Shown: positions 1-9,529 of the stretch, piece after piece | How the letters are laid out: every line of letters starts with the position of its first letter | Position numbering within the stretch: position 1 is the first letter of the stretch | Source of the DNA: a virus | DNA: 64,000 nt | Strand: one strand, 5' to 3' | IMG/VR virus record: IMGVR_UViG_3300010354_000045 | Coordinates: 97,494-161,493 of that record | Notes under the pieces: model-generated | Seen by the model: only the letters and a program-made list of their open reading frames with translations | Database searches by the model: none | What the model was told of the DNA's origin: nothing | Program-made: the position numbers and the translations under genes

Positions 1-2
1 CT

Positions 3-410
3 ATTAACGGTTTAGAATACGGATACGGAGGTGTAAAATTATTGCCAAAACAACTGACTTTAAAAGTTGATACTACTAGTACTGATATGACAATGAGCAT
101 TAGTACAAAATTTAAAGTTATGGAAGAGGTAAGCAATATCACCTCGTTTAATACTGATCCTTTTAGTACTTGGAAATCAGCTTTTCGAGAGTGTTGTAAG
201 TTAGCTAGTAAAGTACCCGATGTCGAAACTTCTTATAGATTAAAAGTGTGGTGCCATGTTGGCGAGGATCAACCGTTCGGAAAATATGCTATTGCTGGCG
301 CACTCGCCGGCCGTGCATACGGTGAAAAAAATGCCGACGATTTGTCGGCATTAAGACTTATCAATGACTTTGATTGGCTACAAGATCAGTTTAATTTAAC
401 TAAATCTTGA
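3..410 (+). CDS. 5'-truncated phage protein, probable glycosyltransferase-like family (INGLEYGYGGVKLLP motif)
   Basis: The frame is open from the window edge. The NGLxYGYGGVKL ... PFSTWKSAFREC pattern resembles phage GT-A-like proteins. It overlaps the thyX 3' end convergently. Confidence 0.45.
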   Translation: MNGLEYGYGGVKLLPKQLTLKVDTTSTDMTMSISTKFKVMEEVSNITSFNTDPFSTWKSAFRECCKLASKVPDVETSYRLKVWCHVGEDQPFGKYAIAGALAGRAYGEKNADDLSALRLINDFDWLQDQFNLTKS

Positions 411-1057
411 GCCATAGGGAATATAGCAGAAATAGCTGTAGCACAAGCTCTAGCTACTTCCATATGTTCTTTTTGAGTACCATTTCCGGATCTTAATTCA
501 ATAAAATGTATCCATGAACGTAGTGTACCATTCATGTACAAACGACTCTCAATAAGACCTTCGGGTAGCACTGCACGAGCTTGTTCTTTAGCAATGCCGT
601 TATCAATGGCCCATTGATAAGCCATACGTGCCTCAGTAATTACATTGTTTTGAATTTTATTCCAACGATTTTGCAGCTCAGTGTCTTCAATTTCTATACT
701 GTTTTGTCTATTTTTAATATCCTGTAGTCTTGCTTCCCTTGTAACAAAGTTTAGGTCTTGAGTAGGATCGGCATATCGTTGACTAAACTCTTGGAAACTA
801 AAACTACGATGCCGAAGAATTTGTCTAGCAATATCTCTAGTAGTAGTAATTTCCATACATGCACTAACCATTTCTAATGGACTCCAGTGTGCATGTTTGA
901 CCAGATACTTGATTAGTTTTTCACTAGTTTCGGTGTTAAATTGATTACTAGGATTGCTTACCCTTGCACAGTAAGCAATCAGTTCTTGAGCATCATCGAT
1001 ACCTTGTTCTGCAAAGTCTTTAGTTGGTTGTGAGTATGATACTAGTTTTACTTTCAT
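386..1057 (-). CDS. thyX: Flavin-dependent thymidylate synthase
   Basis: Contains HWSPLE and the ThyX motif RHRSFSFQEFSQRY, plus AKEQARAVLP. Confidence 0.97.
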   Translation of the reverse strand: MKVKLVSYSQPTKDFAEQGIDDAQELIAYCARVSNPSNQFNTETSEKLIKYLVKHAHWSPLEMVSACMEITTTRDIARQILRHRSFSFQEFSQRYADPTQDLNFVTREARLQDIKNRQNSIEIEDTELQNRWNKIQNNVITEARMAYQWAIDNGIAKEQARAVLPEGLIESRLYMNGTLRSWIHFIELRSGNGTQKEHMEVARACATAISAIFPMAQDLVKLN

Positions 1058-1374
1058 ATTTTTGCCTTATTAAAAAATTTAAGTGTTGATTTTATAACAT
1101 CTTTCTTAACTTTACTAGTATCTAATTTAAAATCTACTTCGACAATTTTGCCATCGTAGCTACGACAGAACTCGGATAAGTTTCTTTCAAACTTTTCCCA
1201 TCCTGCTTTTCGAACAGTAGCAGTTATTTTAATTTCCCAAATTTTTCCATCTTTAAATTTGATCAGAACTGCTTCTAAATAACCAAAAGGAAGCACATTC
1301 AGTTTAACCTCACCGAATACTTCTGGCCAATGTTCGATAGCATCTTTGGGAAGGAGTCTCCCCAAAGATGTCAC
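1054..1374 (-). CDS. Hypothetical phage protein
   Basis: ORF overlaps both neighbours by 4 nt. Confidence 0.75.
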   Translation of the reverse strand: MTSLGRLLPKDAIEHWPEVFGEVKLNVLPFGYLEAVLIKFKDGKIWEIKITATVRKAGWEKFERNLSEFCRSYDGKIVEVDFKLDTSKVKKDVIKSTLKFFNKAKI

Positions 1375-1997
1375 GATAATTCTTTAACCTTTTTCTTCGC
1401 AGGTGCTAGTTCTTCGGCCATCCTACGGAAATTAGCAGCTTCTTTAGCTAACTTATCAGCTTGGCTGCGATAAAATTTTGCCTTAGCCTCCGGGCTAGCA
1501 TCTTCATTTATTGTTGCAGTTACTGATTCTGTAGTAGATTCGTTAACACTAGCCGATGTTGTTTTACTAGGATCACTCGGCGGATCTTTTTTAACAACTC
1601 TTTCAGGGCCTGGTGCAATTGAAAGATCATCAACTGCTACTCCACGTTGTTCTGCAATAATCTGATTCAATTCAGAAAGAAGAAGACTAGTAGAAGTAGT
1701 AGGAGTCATTTCAATTTGATTAGTAGGTACCTTAACTAATCGACCTTGAACGTGAAATGCTGCCAACATAGTACTGCCGTCTGGTAGTGTAGATCTAGCC
1801 ATTGCCTCAGCAAATTCGTAAGCAGTTTGACCTGAGTTACTTTCGACTAGATTAATTAGTGAATCGTGATAGCTATCTGGCAAATTTTCAGTAGGTACAA
1901 TTAGACAGCTATTAGCCTCTCCGGGCAAGGTGCGATATGCTACTACACACCTTTTTCCAGTAGATTTTACTCTACCTACATGTTTAAGGACTGCCAT
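1371..1997 (-). CDS. Hypothetical phage protein
   Basis: 208-aa ORF in a coupled operon. Confidence 0.8.
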   Translation of the reverse strand: MAVLKHVGRVKSTGKRCVVAYRTLPGEANSCLIVPTENLPDSYHDSLINLVESNSGQTAYEFAEAMARSTLPDGSTMLAAFHVQGRLVKVPTNQIEMTPTTSTSLLLSELNQIIAEQRGVAVDDLSIAPGPERVVKKDPPSDPSKTTSASVNESTTESVTATINEDASPEAKAKFYRSQADKLAKEAANFRRMAEELAPAKKKVKELS

Positions 1998-2230
1998 TAT
2001 TGCTTTGCCTCTTCAGCTTGCTTGGCAACTTGATCTAAGAAATTAGTTAACTTAGTGTAAGTTTGTCCAACTGCAACCATTTCATTTGGCTTAAATGCAC
2101 CTCTTGAACTAGCAATGTCGATGATAACCTTCATTGCGTTAAGATCATTAATGTTTAGATCAGCTGACGGTGCTGTCTGTTCAGCGGTTTGCTGTTCTGG
2201 TGCCTGTGCGTTTTGCTCGGTTGTATTCAT
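1997..2230 (-). CDS. Hypothetical phage protein
   Basis: AGGAG RBS; TAATG overlap with the next gene. Confidence 0.8.
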   Translation of the reverse strand: MNTTEQNAQAPEQQTAEQTAPSADLNINDLNAMKVIIDIASSRGAFKPNEMVAVGQTYTKLTNFLDQVAKQAEEAKQ

Positions 2231-2261
2231 GAATTCTCCTTATAATGAATATCAATCTTAA

Positions 2262-2549
2262 TTATCTTGTTTGCGTAAATGGACAAGCAATCGTGAAAAA
2301 ACTCAGTTCTTTTTCACTTTCAAATCCAATTCTTGTATTATAGACAATAGTATTTGTTTCATCTAAAGTTATACCTTGTCCTATATAATACCTATTATTT
2401 AAATTAGACATTATCCATTGATTAACAGATCTGATTAAAGACGGATTGTATTTGTTTAATGTAGTATACTTAAAATGAGGGCAAGGTACCTTGACCCTCC
2501 TTAAATCAAAATAGTTGAGCGGATTAGGTTTTCCGTTCTTTAGAGCCAT
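2262..2549 (-). CDS. Hypothetical phage protein
   Basis: Abuts the stop codon of the upstream gene. Confidence 0.75.
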   Translation of the reverse strand: MALKNGKPNPLNYFDLRRVKVPCPHFKYTTLNKYNPSLIRSVNQWIMSNLNNRYYIGQGITLDETNTIVYNTRIGFESEKELSFFTIACPFTQTR

Positions 2550-3734
2550 TTAAGCAGGTTCCTTTAGAGTTTCGTAATAAGCATATTCTCCAAAGGGAGG
2601 AACAATTTTATCATTCCCGTGAATGATAAAGACAGTATCGCAATAGATATCGTCTCCCCAACTACCGCAAGGGTACCCATCAGTAAACATGATAAACTTT
2701 TTAGGTTGAATATCATTAGACTTCATATATTGCCAATTAGCATCAAAGTCAGTGCCGCCGCCCCCTGCTGGCTCATATTCGTCAAATTCGTCCATTGTGT
2801 AACCGTCATAATCTTTTTCATTATAAATTTCGGTATCAAAACACCAAAGCTTAATCTTAAAATCTTTGTATTCTTGCATAATACCTTTAATTTCACTTAA
2901 GAAGTCTTTGGCCTGCTCGTCACCAATAGAACCACTCATGTCAATAGCAACACAGATATCAATAGTTTCTTCGTAATTAGTACCTGGTAAGACAGCGTTC
3001 ATGTGCCAACCCTTACGGTTAGGCCTGATAAATGTATAATCGTTTTTAATAGTGCTTTGGATTTGCTGACGAAGAATTTCTCGCCAATTCATTTTTGGCT
3101 CAGTAAATTCTTTAATCATACGTGCAATGCTAGCAGGAACATTACCTGCACCCGCCGCCTGGGCCGCCTGCATAGTAGCTTCACGAATTTCATCTCGAAT
3201 CTGTTTAAGTTCGTCTTTACTATATTGCGGACGATTTCCTTTGCCTTCTTCACCCCAATCAATATGATCATCGAGTAATTGTCCAAGAGCCTCTAACTCT
3301 TGCTCGTCCATTTCGTCAAAAATCTTGTCGTAGATTTCTTCTGCACCCATGCCGTAATATTTAGGATCGTGAAAAATCTTAATACCCGGAATATTATGAT
3401 CTCCGATTTTATCTCGTACAATTTGACCGTTAGCACAAAAGTCAGCGGCAATGTTAAAGATACGAGGATTACGACCTTCACGGCGATTCATATGATCGAA
3501 CACGTTATGGAGGATTTCGTGTGCAATGACAAACTCGACCTGTTTAACAGTCAACGGCTCAAAAAATTTACGATTAAAATAAATAGCCCTACCGTCAGTT
3601 GCCGCTGTAAAACACCAGTCTTCTGCTTCTTTAATCTGCAGGCGTGTAGCCATATTACCAAAGAACGGATGGCGAAGTAGTAGACCTACTCGTGCTACAA
3701 TAATTTTATCTATGATAGGGTCAAAATGTGCCAT
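2550..3734 (-). CDS. Metallopeptidase-VWA domain protein (DUF2201-like)
   Basis: TAATDG, HEILH (HExxH), MIDAS DMSGS, GGGTDF and FTDGY motifs; adjacent to a MoxR-type ATPase. Confidence 0.9.
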   Translation of the reverse strand: MAHFDPIIDKIIVARVGLLLRHPFFGNMATRLQIKEAEDWCFTAATDGRAIYFNRKFFEPLTVKQVEFVIAHEILHNVFDHMNRREGRNPRIFNIAADFCANGQIVRDKIGDHNIPGIKIFHDPKYYGMGAEEIYDKIFDEMDEQELEALGQLLDDHIDWGEEGKGNRPQYSKDELKQIRDEIREATMQAAQAAGAGNVPASIARMIKEFTEPKMNWREILRQQIQSTIKNDYTFIRPNRKGWHMNAVLPGTNYEETIDICVAIDMSGSIGDEQAKDFLSEIKGIMQEYKDFKIKLWCFDTEIYNEKDYDGYTMDEFDEYEPAGGGGTDFDANWQYMKSNDIQPKKFIMFTDGYPCGSWGDDIYCDTVFIIHGNDKIVPPFGEYAYYETLKEPA

Positions 3735-3761
3735 TGTTAATTCCTTTTTGCTAATGTATAT

Positions 3762-3790
3762 AGTATAACAGGACCCGGAGGTCCTGTCAA
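3762..3790 (-). promoter_or_regulatory. Sigma70-type promoter whose spacer forms a hairpin
   Basis: TTGACA-17nt-TATACT; inverted repeat ACAGGACC-TCCG-GGTCCTGT at 3768-3787. Confidence 0.8.
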
Positions 3791-3806
3791 ATGGTATGTA
3801 ACCAAA

Positions 3807-4895
3807 TTATTTCTCAGTTGCCTGCGAAATGTACTTACCAAATCGTGAATGGAATTCGTCAAAACATTTGATTTCGTCTGGATCCAACGGAAGCTTGTAT
3901 TGGCTAAGTGCAACCTTAGTGCCCATAATAACAAGTTCTGTTTCAAAATTATCCATCATAAACTGGAAGAAATAGTTAACCTGATCATTCCAATTCTTAG
4001 CTTTACGATCACAAGAATCTTTGAGTTCGTAGCACAAGCTAACAACCAAAGAATATTGAGCAGAAATTTCTTTACTGTCCATTTTCTTAACCTTGCCCGA
4101 CAGTACGTCTGATGGATTAGGCATTTTAGCTGAATGTTTACGATGTGCCATAAACTTAACAGCAAGGCCTTCACCAACAGCACCGCTAACAAGGTCAGTT
4201 AACGTGCTTTCATCAGTGTCGTCGTCGATAAGAAGTTCGCTAACAAAAGACCAAGAACGGGGAGTAGCAAAGGCACGCGAGCTAGACTTGGGATCAAAGT
4301 CATACAGATCTTTCTTACTAAAAGTCAGGAAACCAACAACGTCCTTATGAACTTTGTTTTCAGTAGCCCACTCAAAGTAATCTTCCCAGTCTACAGTCAT
4401 TTCCAAGTGAACAAACCGGTTAGCCAGCGGAGCAGGCATACGATAAGTAACACCTTTGTCACTTTCGCGATTACCAGCGGCAACAATGCTAACATTGTCA
4501 GGCAAGCGATAAGTGCCAACACGGCGGTTCAAAACTAGTTGATAAGCCGCAGCCTGTACACTAGGTGCAGCCGAATTCATTTCGTCAAGAAACAGAATAA
4601 TCTGTTTGTATTGAGAAGCAAGTTCTTCGTCGGGTAGTTCAATTGGCGGCGCCCACTCCATCTTGTTCGATGTAGAATTGAAATAAGGAATGCCCTTAAT
4701 ATCAGTAGGTTCCCAAAGACTCAATCGAACGTCAATAACATGAGCGTCGAGCTCTAGGCCCATTTGTTTGATAATGTCCGACTTGCCAATACCTGGGGGA
4801 CCCCACAGGAATAGAGGACGTTTATTTTTAAAGGCTTTACGCAGAGACTTTTTTGCTGCTTTTGGCCCAACAGTGCGACTAATGATTTCTGCCAT
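3807..4895 (-). CDS. MoxR/CobS-like AAA+ ATPase
   Basis: Walker A GPPGIGKS, Walker B LFLDE, AAGNR, PLANRF and TPRSW. Confidence 0.9.
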   Translation of the reverse strand: MAEIISRTVGPKAAKKSLRKAFKNKRPLFLWGPPGIGKSDIIKQMGLELDAHVIDVRLSLWEPTDIKGIPYFNSTSNKMEWAPPIELPDEELASQYKQIILFLDEMNSAAPSVQAAAYQLVLNRRVGTYRLPDNVSIVAAGNRESDKGVTYRMPAPLANRFVHLEMTVDWEDYFEWATENKVHKDVVGFLTFSKKDLYDFDPKSSSRAFATPRSWSFVSELLIDDDTDESTLTDLVSGAVGEGLAVKFMAHRKHSAKMPNPSDVLSGKVKKMDSKEISAQYSLVVSLCYELKDSCDRKAKNWNDQVNYFFQFMMDNFETELVIMGTKVALSQYKLPLDPDEIKCFDEFHSRFGKYISQATEK

Positions 4896-4943
4896 TTTGT
4901 TTCCTTTAAGTTAACGGCGGGTGAAGTAATTTGCTATGTGTCT

Positions 4944-4972
4944 ATTATATGGCAGAAGTTGTGTAACGTCAA
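4944..4972 (-). promoter_or_regulatory. Sigma70-type early promoter
   Basis: TTGACG-17nt-TATAAT in an intergenic region. Confidence 0.85.
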
Positions 4973-4989
4973 GCAGATTTTTTGAATTT

Positions 4990-5400
4990 TTAGTCAGTTT
5001 CGTCCAAATTGCCTAATTCTTTTTGGCGTTCGTACATTGCCTTAATGAGTCCAAATTTTCTAATGTCGTCAGAAAACAACATTAGTTCGAAACTCTTTTT
5101 TTCGGAAAACACTGTAATACTTTGATTGGTTAGATAATATGGACAGTCAATATATTTTTCTAAAAAAATGATAGTCTGCGGACTTAGTTCAATTGGTTCA
5201 GTAAATGGAATTTCATAACATTGAACATTTAACGTTTCATTAAGGAATTCAAATCCTTCGTCACTTAATCTATATGCCGTATCTTTGCCCACTCGAGTAG
5301 ATTGCCACCATTTTCTGCCAAATAATTTTACATTAGCATCGTCAATGCTTTTGCCCCATTGTTGTAAAAAAATTTTAGTTAGGGCATTCTTAGAAATCAT
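4990..5400 (-). CDS. Hypothetical phage protein
   Basis: 136-aa ORF with an ATGA overlap. Confidence 0.75.
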   Translation of the reverse strand: MISKNALTKIFLQQWGKSIDDANVKLFGRKWWQSTRVGKDTAYRLSDEGFEFLNETLNVQCYEIPFTEPIELSPQTIIFLEKYIDCPYYLTNQSITVFSEKKSFELMLFSDDIRKFGLIKAMYERQKELGNLDETD

Positions 5401-5681
5401 TTAATAATTTCGCCCTGAGTCAATTTAACTACTTGAAAATCTGAAGTTCCAAATGTTAAGTTAAGTTTCTTAGCTAAATTATGTGCATGTCCAGGATTGC
5501 TAAATGACACTTTTTTATATTTAGGACCTGGATAATTTACTAGACTGTTAAATGTTTTAAGATTAAAGGGCTGTCCTTTGTAAAAGACAGCCCAAATAGC
5601 ATCAGCTTCTAAAATCTGCTCTGCTTTATATGTTTTTTTATTAATATGTTCTAGTAATACTTTTGGTTTTGGTCTACTCAT
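5397..5681 (-). CDS. Hypothetical basic phage protein
   Basis: ORF preceded by TAAATA at 5709-5714. Confidence 0.75.
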   Translation of the reverse strand: MSRPKPKVLLEHINKKTYKAEQILEADAIWAVFYKGQPFNLKTFNSLVNYPGPKYKKVSFSNPGHAHNLAKKLNLTFGTSDFQVVKLTQGEIIK

Positions 5682-5708
5682 AAATGCGTCCTACATTAAG
5701 TACGCATA

Positions 5709-5714
5709 TATTTA
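5709..5714 (-). promoter_or_regulatory. Putative T4-type late promoter (TAAATA)
   Basis: Recurrent intergenic motif similar to the T4 gp55 consensus TATAAATA. Confidence 0.55.
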
Positions 5715-5717
5715 TCA

Positions 5718-5966
5718 TTATTTTGTGTCTTCAAAACCTCCACCGTCCATAGTTACTGAAATAACTTCGGTGTTTACACTTTGTTTTAAATCGTTAAATA
5801 ATGATTCGTAATCTCTTGTTAGTTTTTCTAAAACTTCTGCAAGGGCTAGGGATATTAATCTAGCCTGCTGAATGTTTATTTTTATTTCTTTACTTTGACT
5901 TAATTCAGCAGATCTTACCTGTTGAATAAATTGTGTGATAGGTGTTGTATTAATCTGATTTTGCAT
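5718..5966 (-). CDS. Hypothetical phage protein
   Basis: ORF in a packed operon. Confidence 0.7.
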   Translation of the reverse strand: MQNQINTTPITQFIQQVRSAELSQSKEIKINIQQARLISLALAEVLEKLTRDYESLFNDLKQSVNTEVISVTMDGGGFEDTK

Positions 5967-6429
5967 TTGATAACACCATTTTCATTTCAAGTTCGCTTTT
6001 AAAAGGGCCTTTAAATGGATATCGTTCTACAGTAATTGCTTTAGGGCAAAAACTTTTGACCCAGCCTTTGTTAAATTTGATAATATAATATCCTGCACAG
6101 TACAAACTTTTACTAGCATTACTTTTAGTAAAAAGGGGAAGCTTCCTTCTCACATCATACATGGCATTATAAGGTTTACATAGTGTTGGATATCCATGAC
6201 ATTCATAAGAGTCTACCGTTTGTATTTTGACTTTTGGTTTAGTAAGAAAAAAGTCTTTGCCAAATTGTTTAGTTAAGTCGTCTTTTTTGTTAAACATTAC
6301 CTCGCCGGTAGTACTACTAAGAATAAATTTGTTATTTTCTTTTTTATGTAAAGTGGCAATTTTTTCTCCACTTTTTTCTACGATCCAAAATTTACCGTCT
6401 ACAATTGGTTTTGCGTGTATCTCTGTCAT
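5950..6429 (-). CDS. Hypothetical phage protein
   Basis: GGAGGAG RBS; 159 aa. Confidence 0.8.
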   Translation of the reverse strand: MTEIHAKPIVDGKFWIVEKSGEKIATLHKKENNKFILSSTTGEVMFNKKDDLTKQFGKDFFLTKPKVKIQTVDSYECHGYPTLCKPYNAMYDVRRKLPLFTKSNASKSLYCAGYYIIKFNKGWVKSFCPKAITVERYPFKGPFKSELEMKMVLSNAKSD

Positions 6430-6444
6430 AACTCCTCCTGGAAA

Positions 6445-6657
6445 TTATTTATTTTTAGATTCATATTCTGAGATTGCTGCTCTTACATCACGTTGTAGAG
6501 CTTCCCAGTCAGTATGAAAATCAATACGACCGTCTTCGTGTTCAATTCTGGTACTGTGACTACCATGAGTAATTTTAGGCCACCCATTTGTAGGAACATT
6601 TGTCATTTCTGCTACGTCAGCAGATTCAATTACTTGAGTTTTCTTTTTTCTTGGCAT
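6445..6657 (-). CDS. Hypothetical phage protein
   Basis: GGAG RBS; fills the gap between neighbours. Confidence 0.7.
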   Translation of the reverse strand: MPRKKKTQVIESADVAEMTNVPTNGWPKITHGSHSTRIEHEDGRIDFHTDWEALQRDVRAAISEYESKNK

Positions 6658-6658
6658 A

Positions 6659-7645
6659 TTACTCTCCTAAATACTTTGCTTGAAATGGTTCTGCATACTG
6701 CTGAATATTGTCTGCAATTTTTTTCATATCCCATGCGTTGCAAAATTTAAGCATTCTGATTCCAACCTGAGATATATTTTTTTGAACACATCCTGATTTG
6801 ATAGTTTCTTTAATTACTTCTTTAATATGATCTGGTTGATGTGAAAGGTCAATTAGTCTTCGATTTCTTTCATAGTCGTCTAACACACGATGTTCTTTAC
6901 CCTCGTGATCTACCCAGCGTTGAAGCATGAGATTATTCCAATTAAATCCTTTGCTTTTACGATCTTCAAAAGCTTCTGTAAGTCCAACTTTATTTTTAGT
7001 TCCTTTGACACGCACACCAGGATATGCAGAAAACACGTTGTCGCTAGTATCACCCCGCATACATTTTTCAAATAGTAACCATTCTGGGTTTGGAATAGAT
7101 TTAGGTTCCCCTGTTTTTTTATCTTTAACAAGTTTACCTTTAGCATCAAATATACCCTCGTGTGTAATATGATGCTCTTGTACTCCATTATACTGACTTA
7201 CATTAGGAGAGATTAATTGCACAAAATCACTGTCTGTGGATATAATCACATGACGATCATTAGGATGACTTTGAATAAAACCAGCAATTAAATCGTCTGC
7301 TTCTAATGTCGGATTATGAAGGACTGTACAGTTTGTCTTTTCGCTAATAAAAGATTTAAATTCGTCGAACGCTTCCCAAAAGAGTTTATCTTCTTCTTGC
7401 TCTTTAAGAGTTAGTGCTGCACGGCTTTCGGCACGATTTCTTTTATAAGGTTCGTAATAGTCTTTGCGCCAGCTACGACCTTCGAGACAGAAGACAACAT
7501 GTTTCCCCTCAAAATCGTGCCAGGCTTTTTTAATTGAGTTAAAAGTAATATGAAACGCCATTCCTAGTTTAATATCACTAGATCCTTGGATTACATGGCG
7601 TGCTCTAAAAAATGTGTTTGCAGTATCAACTAGTATATAAGTCAT
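6659..7645 (-). CDS. rnh: T4-type RNase H / 5'-3' flap exonuclease
   Basis: ILVD, YKRNR, EADD, STDSDFVQL and GDTSDNV motifs of the FEN/PIN family. Confidence 0.92.
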   Translation of the reverse strand: MTYILVDTANTFFRARHVIQGSSDIKLGMAFHITFNSIKKAWHDFEGKHVVFCLEGRSWRKDYYEPYKRNRAESRAALTLKEQEEDKLFWEAFDEFKSFISEKTNCTVLHNPTLEADDLIAGFIQSHPNDRHVIISTDSDFVQLISPNVSQYNGVQEHHITHEGIFDAKGKLVKDKKTGEPKSIPNPEWLLFEKCMRGDTSDNVFSAYPGVRVKGTKNKVGLTEAFEDRKSKGFNWNNLMLQRWVDHEGKEHRVLDDYERNRRLIDLSHQPDHIKEVIKETIKSGCVQKNISQVGIRMLKFCNAWDMKKIADNIQQYAEPFQAKYLGE

Positions 7646-8091
7646 TCTACTTGGGCCTTGCCCCCAGCAAGTTTTGTTACATTAATAAAACCAGCATTAC
7701 GATTGGTATCTAACCCTTCTTCTGCTAGCATGTTTCTTGCTAGATCACGGAACCAACGATCGACAATTTCTTCTTCTGGATCGCCGTCATAACCATAACC
7801 TGCTTGCTTCAATTGTACAATAAAATGCTCATTCCAGTCAAGTTCAAAAAAGCCATTTCGAACGTTATCTTTATTTACTTTGGTATCAAGTACAGCTACC
7901 CAAGGTTCTCCTCGTTTAGTTGCACGTTCTTTTGGAGTTAACTTAGCAGTTTCTTCTTCTTCTAATGCTTTTTCAGCAGCTTCTTTAGCCTTAGCTACTT
8001 GTGCTTCAGCTTCAGCAATTTTAGATTTGGTAAGTTCTAGAGTTTGTTCCATCTCAGTTATACCAAAAATTTTCTTTAAAAATGTTTTCAT
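7642..8091 (-). CDS. Hypothetical phage protein with coiled-coil N-terminus
   Basis: Likely start MKTFLKK at 8091, giving a TAATG overlap with the queE stop. Confidence 0.75.
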   Translation of the reverse strand: MKTFLKKIFGITEMEQTLELTKSKIAEAEAQVAKAKEAAEKALEEEETAKLTPKERATKRGEPWVAVLDTKVNKDNVRNGFFELDWNEHFIVQLKQAGYGYDGDPEEEIVDRWFRDLARNMLAEEGLDTNRNAGFINVTKLAGGKAQVE

Positions 8092-8942
8092 TAAGTGCCC
8101 CATTCATTTTTAAATAACGGAACTTGCAATCTATCACTATATCTAAGTCCGTATTTCATAGCAAGTTCTGCTACTTTTCTATTATTCATACTGTACACAC
8201 TTTCAACACCGCCAACGGGCATAATATAGATATTGCCTTTAAATCCGTGTCTTCGATAAATGTCTACAACTTCTAAAACTTCGTCAGCATCTTCATTAGA
8301 AGCAATTACAAATTTTAAGTAAGTATGTCCAAGTTTTTCATATTGGCAAACTACATCAGGACGAATTGCATCTTCTCTACTTTCACCACTTACACTTAAT
8401 TTTGCACTAACGCTAAATGTTAGTGAGTTGTGACCTCTTTGTTCAATGCCCCAATTGTAAAGATAATTTCGAAAATCTTTTGATATTTCTTGGGTACCGT
8501 TAGTTTCAAAAGTTATTTCTTTAAGATTCTTCATCTTAGGGTGTTCTAGTAAATCAGGATAGTTTCTTTGCCAACCTAACAATGGCTCACCTCCTGTGAT
8601 AACTAAATGTTCGTCTCGCCATTCTTTGTATGGGAGCATTTCGCAGATACTCTCTGCAATGCTGTCTGTTGTAAGTACTGGTGAAAGGTCTTTGAACCTA
8701 GGATCCCAACTAGCATAAGAATCGCAACCGGTATGAACAAGAGGTAAATCTCTATATTGTTTAAACTCTCCAATACGTTCTGCAATAACGTGTCGTTCAT
8801 TTGATTTTTCTCCTCTAGGCAGACCAAATCCGTCACAGGTAAAATTACATCCAAACACACGTAAGAAAACGGAAGGTACACCCATATACCTTCCTTCACC
8901 TTGTATGCTATAAAATAATTCTGCTACTTTTAGTTTACTCAT
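8091..8942 (-). CDS. queE: 7-carboxy-7-deazaguanine synthase (radical SAM)
   Basis: ELFYSIQGEG, FLRxxGCNFTC...GCDS, ITGGEPLL, ETNGT and RLQ; lies in a folE context. Confidence 0.93.
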   Translation of the reverse strand: MSKLKVAELFYSIQGEGRYMGVPSVFLRVFGCNFTCDGFGLPRGEKSNERHVIAERIGEFKQYRDLPLVHTGCDSYASWDPRFKDLSPVLTTDSIAESICEMLPYKEWRDEHLVITGGEPLLGWQRNYPDLLEHPKMKNLKEITFETNGTQEISKDFRNYLYNWGIEQRGHNSLTFSVSAKLSVSGESREDAIRPDVVCQYEKLGHTYLKFVIASNEDADEVLEVVDIYRRHGFKGNIYIMPVGGVESVYSMNNRKVAELAMKYGLRYSDRLQVPLFKNEWGT

Positions 8943-9201
8943 AAATTTTTGACCATATTTTTAGTTTATCTTGTTTCTTTTGACTAGCTTGCTGTAATTC
9001 TTCCTTGGTAAAAACACCATGATCTATTAACAGGTTAATCATTAGCATAACATCACCCGCTTCTTGCGTAAGATGCTGTCTTTGAGAGCCACCATCTTTG
9101 TAGCTATTATCTAGACCAAAACGGCGCACTTTACTAGCAGATACTATTAGCTCTCCGCATTCTTCTTGTAAGATATCAAGTATTTCCTGAATCTTTGACA
9201 T
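8935..9201 (-). CDS. MazG-like nucleotide pyrophosphohydrolase
   Basis: All-alpha NTP-PPase pattern EECGE...QEAGDV. Confidence 0.75.
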   Translation of the reverse strand: MSKIQEILDILQEECGELIVSASKVRRFGLDNSYKDGGSQRQHLTQEAGDVMLMINLLIDHGVFTKEELQQASQKKQDKLKIWSKIYE

Positions 9202-9529
9202 TTTGTTTCCTAAGTTCTTCTACGTCTTTGACAGCTGATTGTAACACAGTTGCATAGTTAAGAGCAACCTGTTTATTCATAATAATACAAGTTTCAAAAT
9301 CAGTATATCCTTTGGTTAGCAGCTTCCAAATGTGTAACCAACGATTCTTTGACCAGAAATTAGTCCTAGTTGTAGTATAAACGGTTACAGTAACACCTAT
9401 GTCTTCTGCTTCAATATCAATAGTATGTGTGCAGTCATCACTACCGCATTCGCATACGGCCTTGTACATCTTTGATGTACCCCAATCTTTAACTAGTAAA
9501 ACTCCGTTTGCTGGTTTTTGTGGTTTCAT
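9176..9529 (-). CDS. Hypothetical protein with CxC...C-x-H putative metal site
   Basis: [10 protein letters not shown]; ATGA overlap with guaC. Confidence 0.7.
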   Translation of the reverse strand: MKPQKPANGVLLVKDWGTSKMYKAVCECGSDDCTHTIDIEAEDIGVTVTVYTTTRTNFWSKNRWLHIWKLLTKGYTDFETCIIMNKQVALNYATVLQSAVKDVEELRKQNVKDSGNT

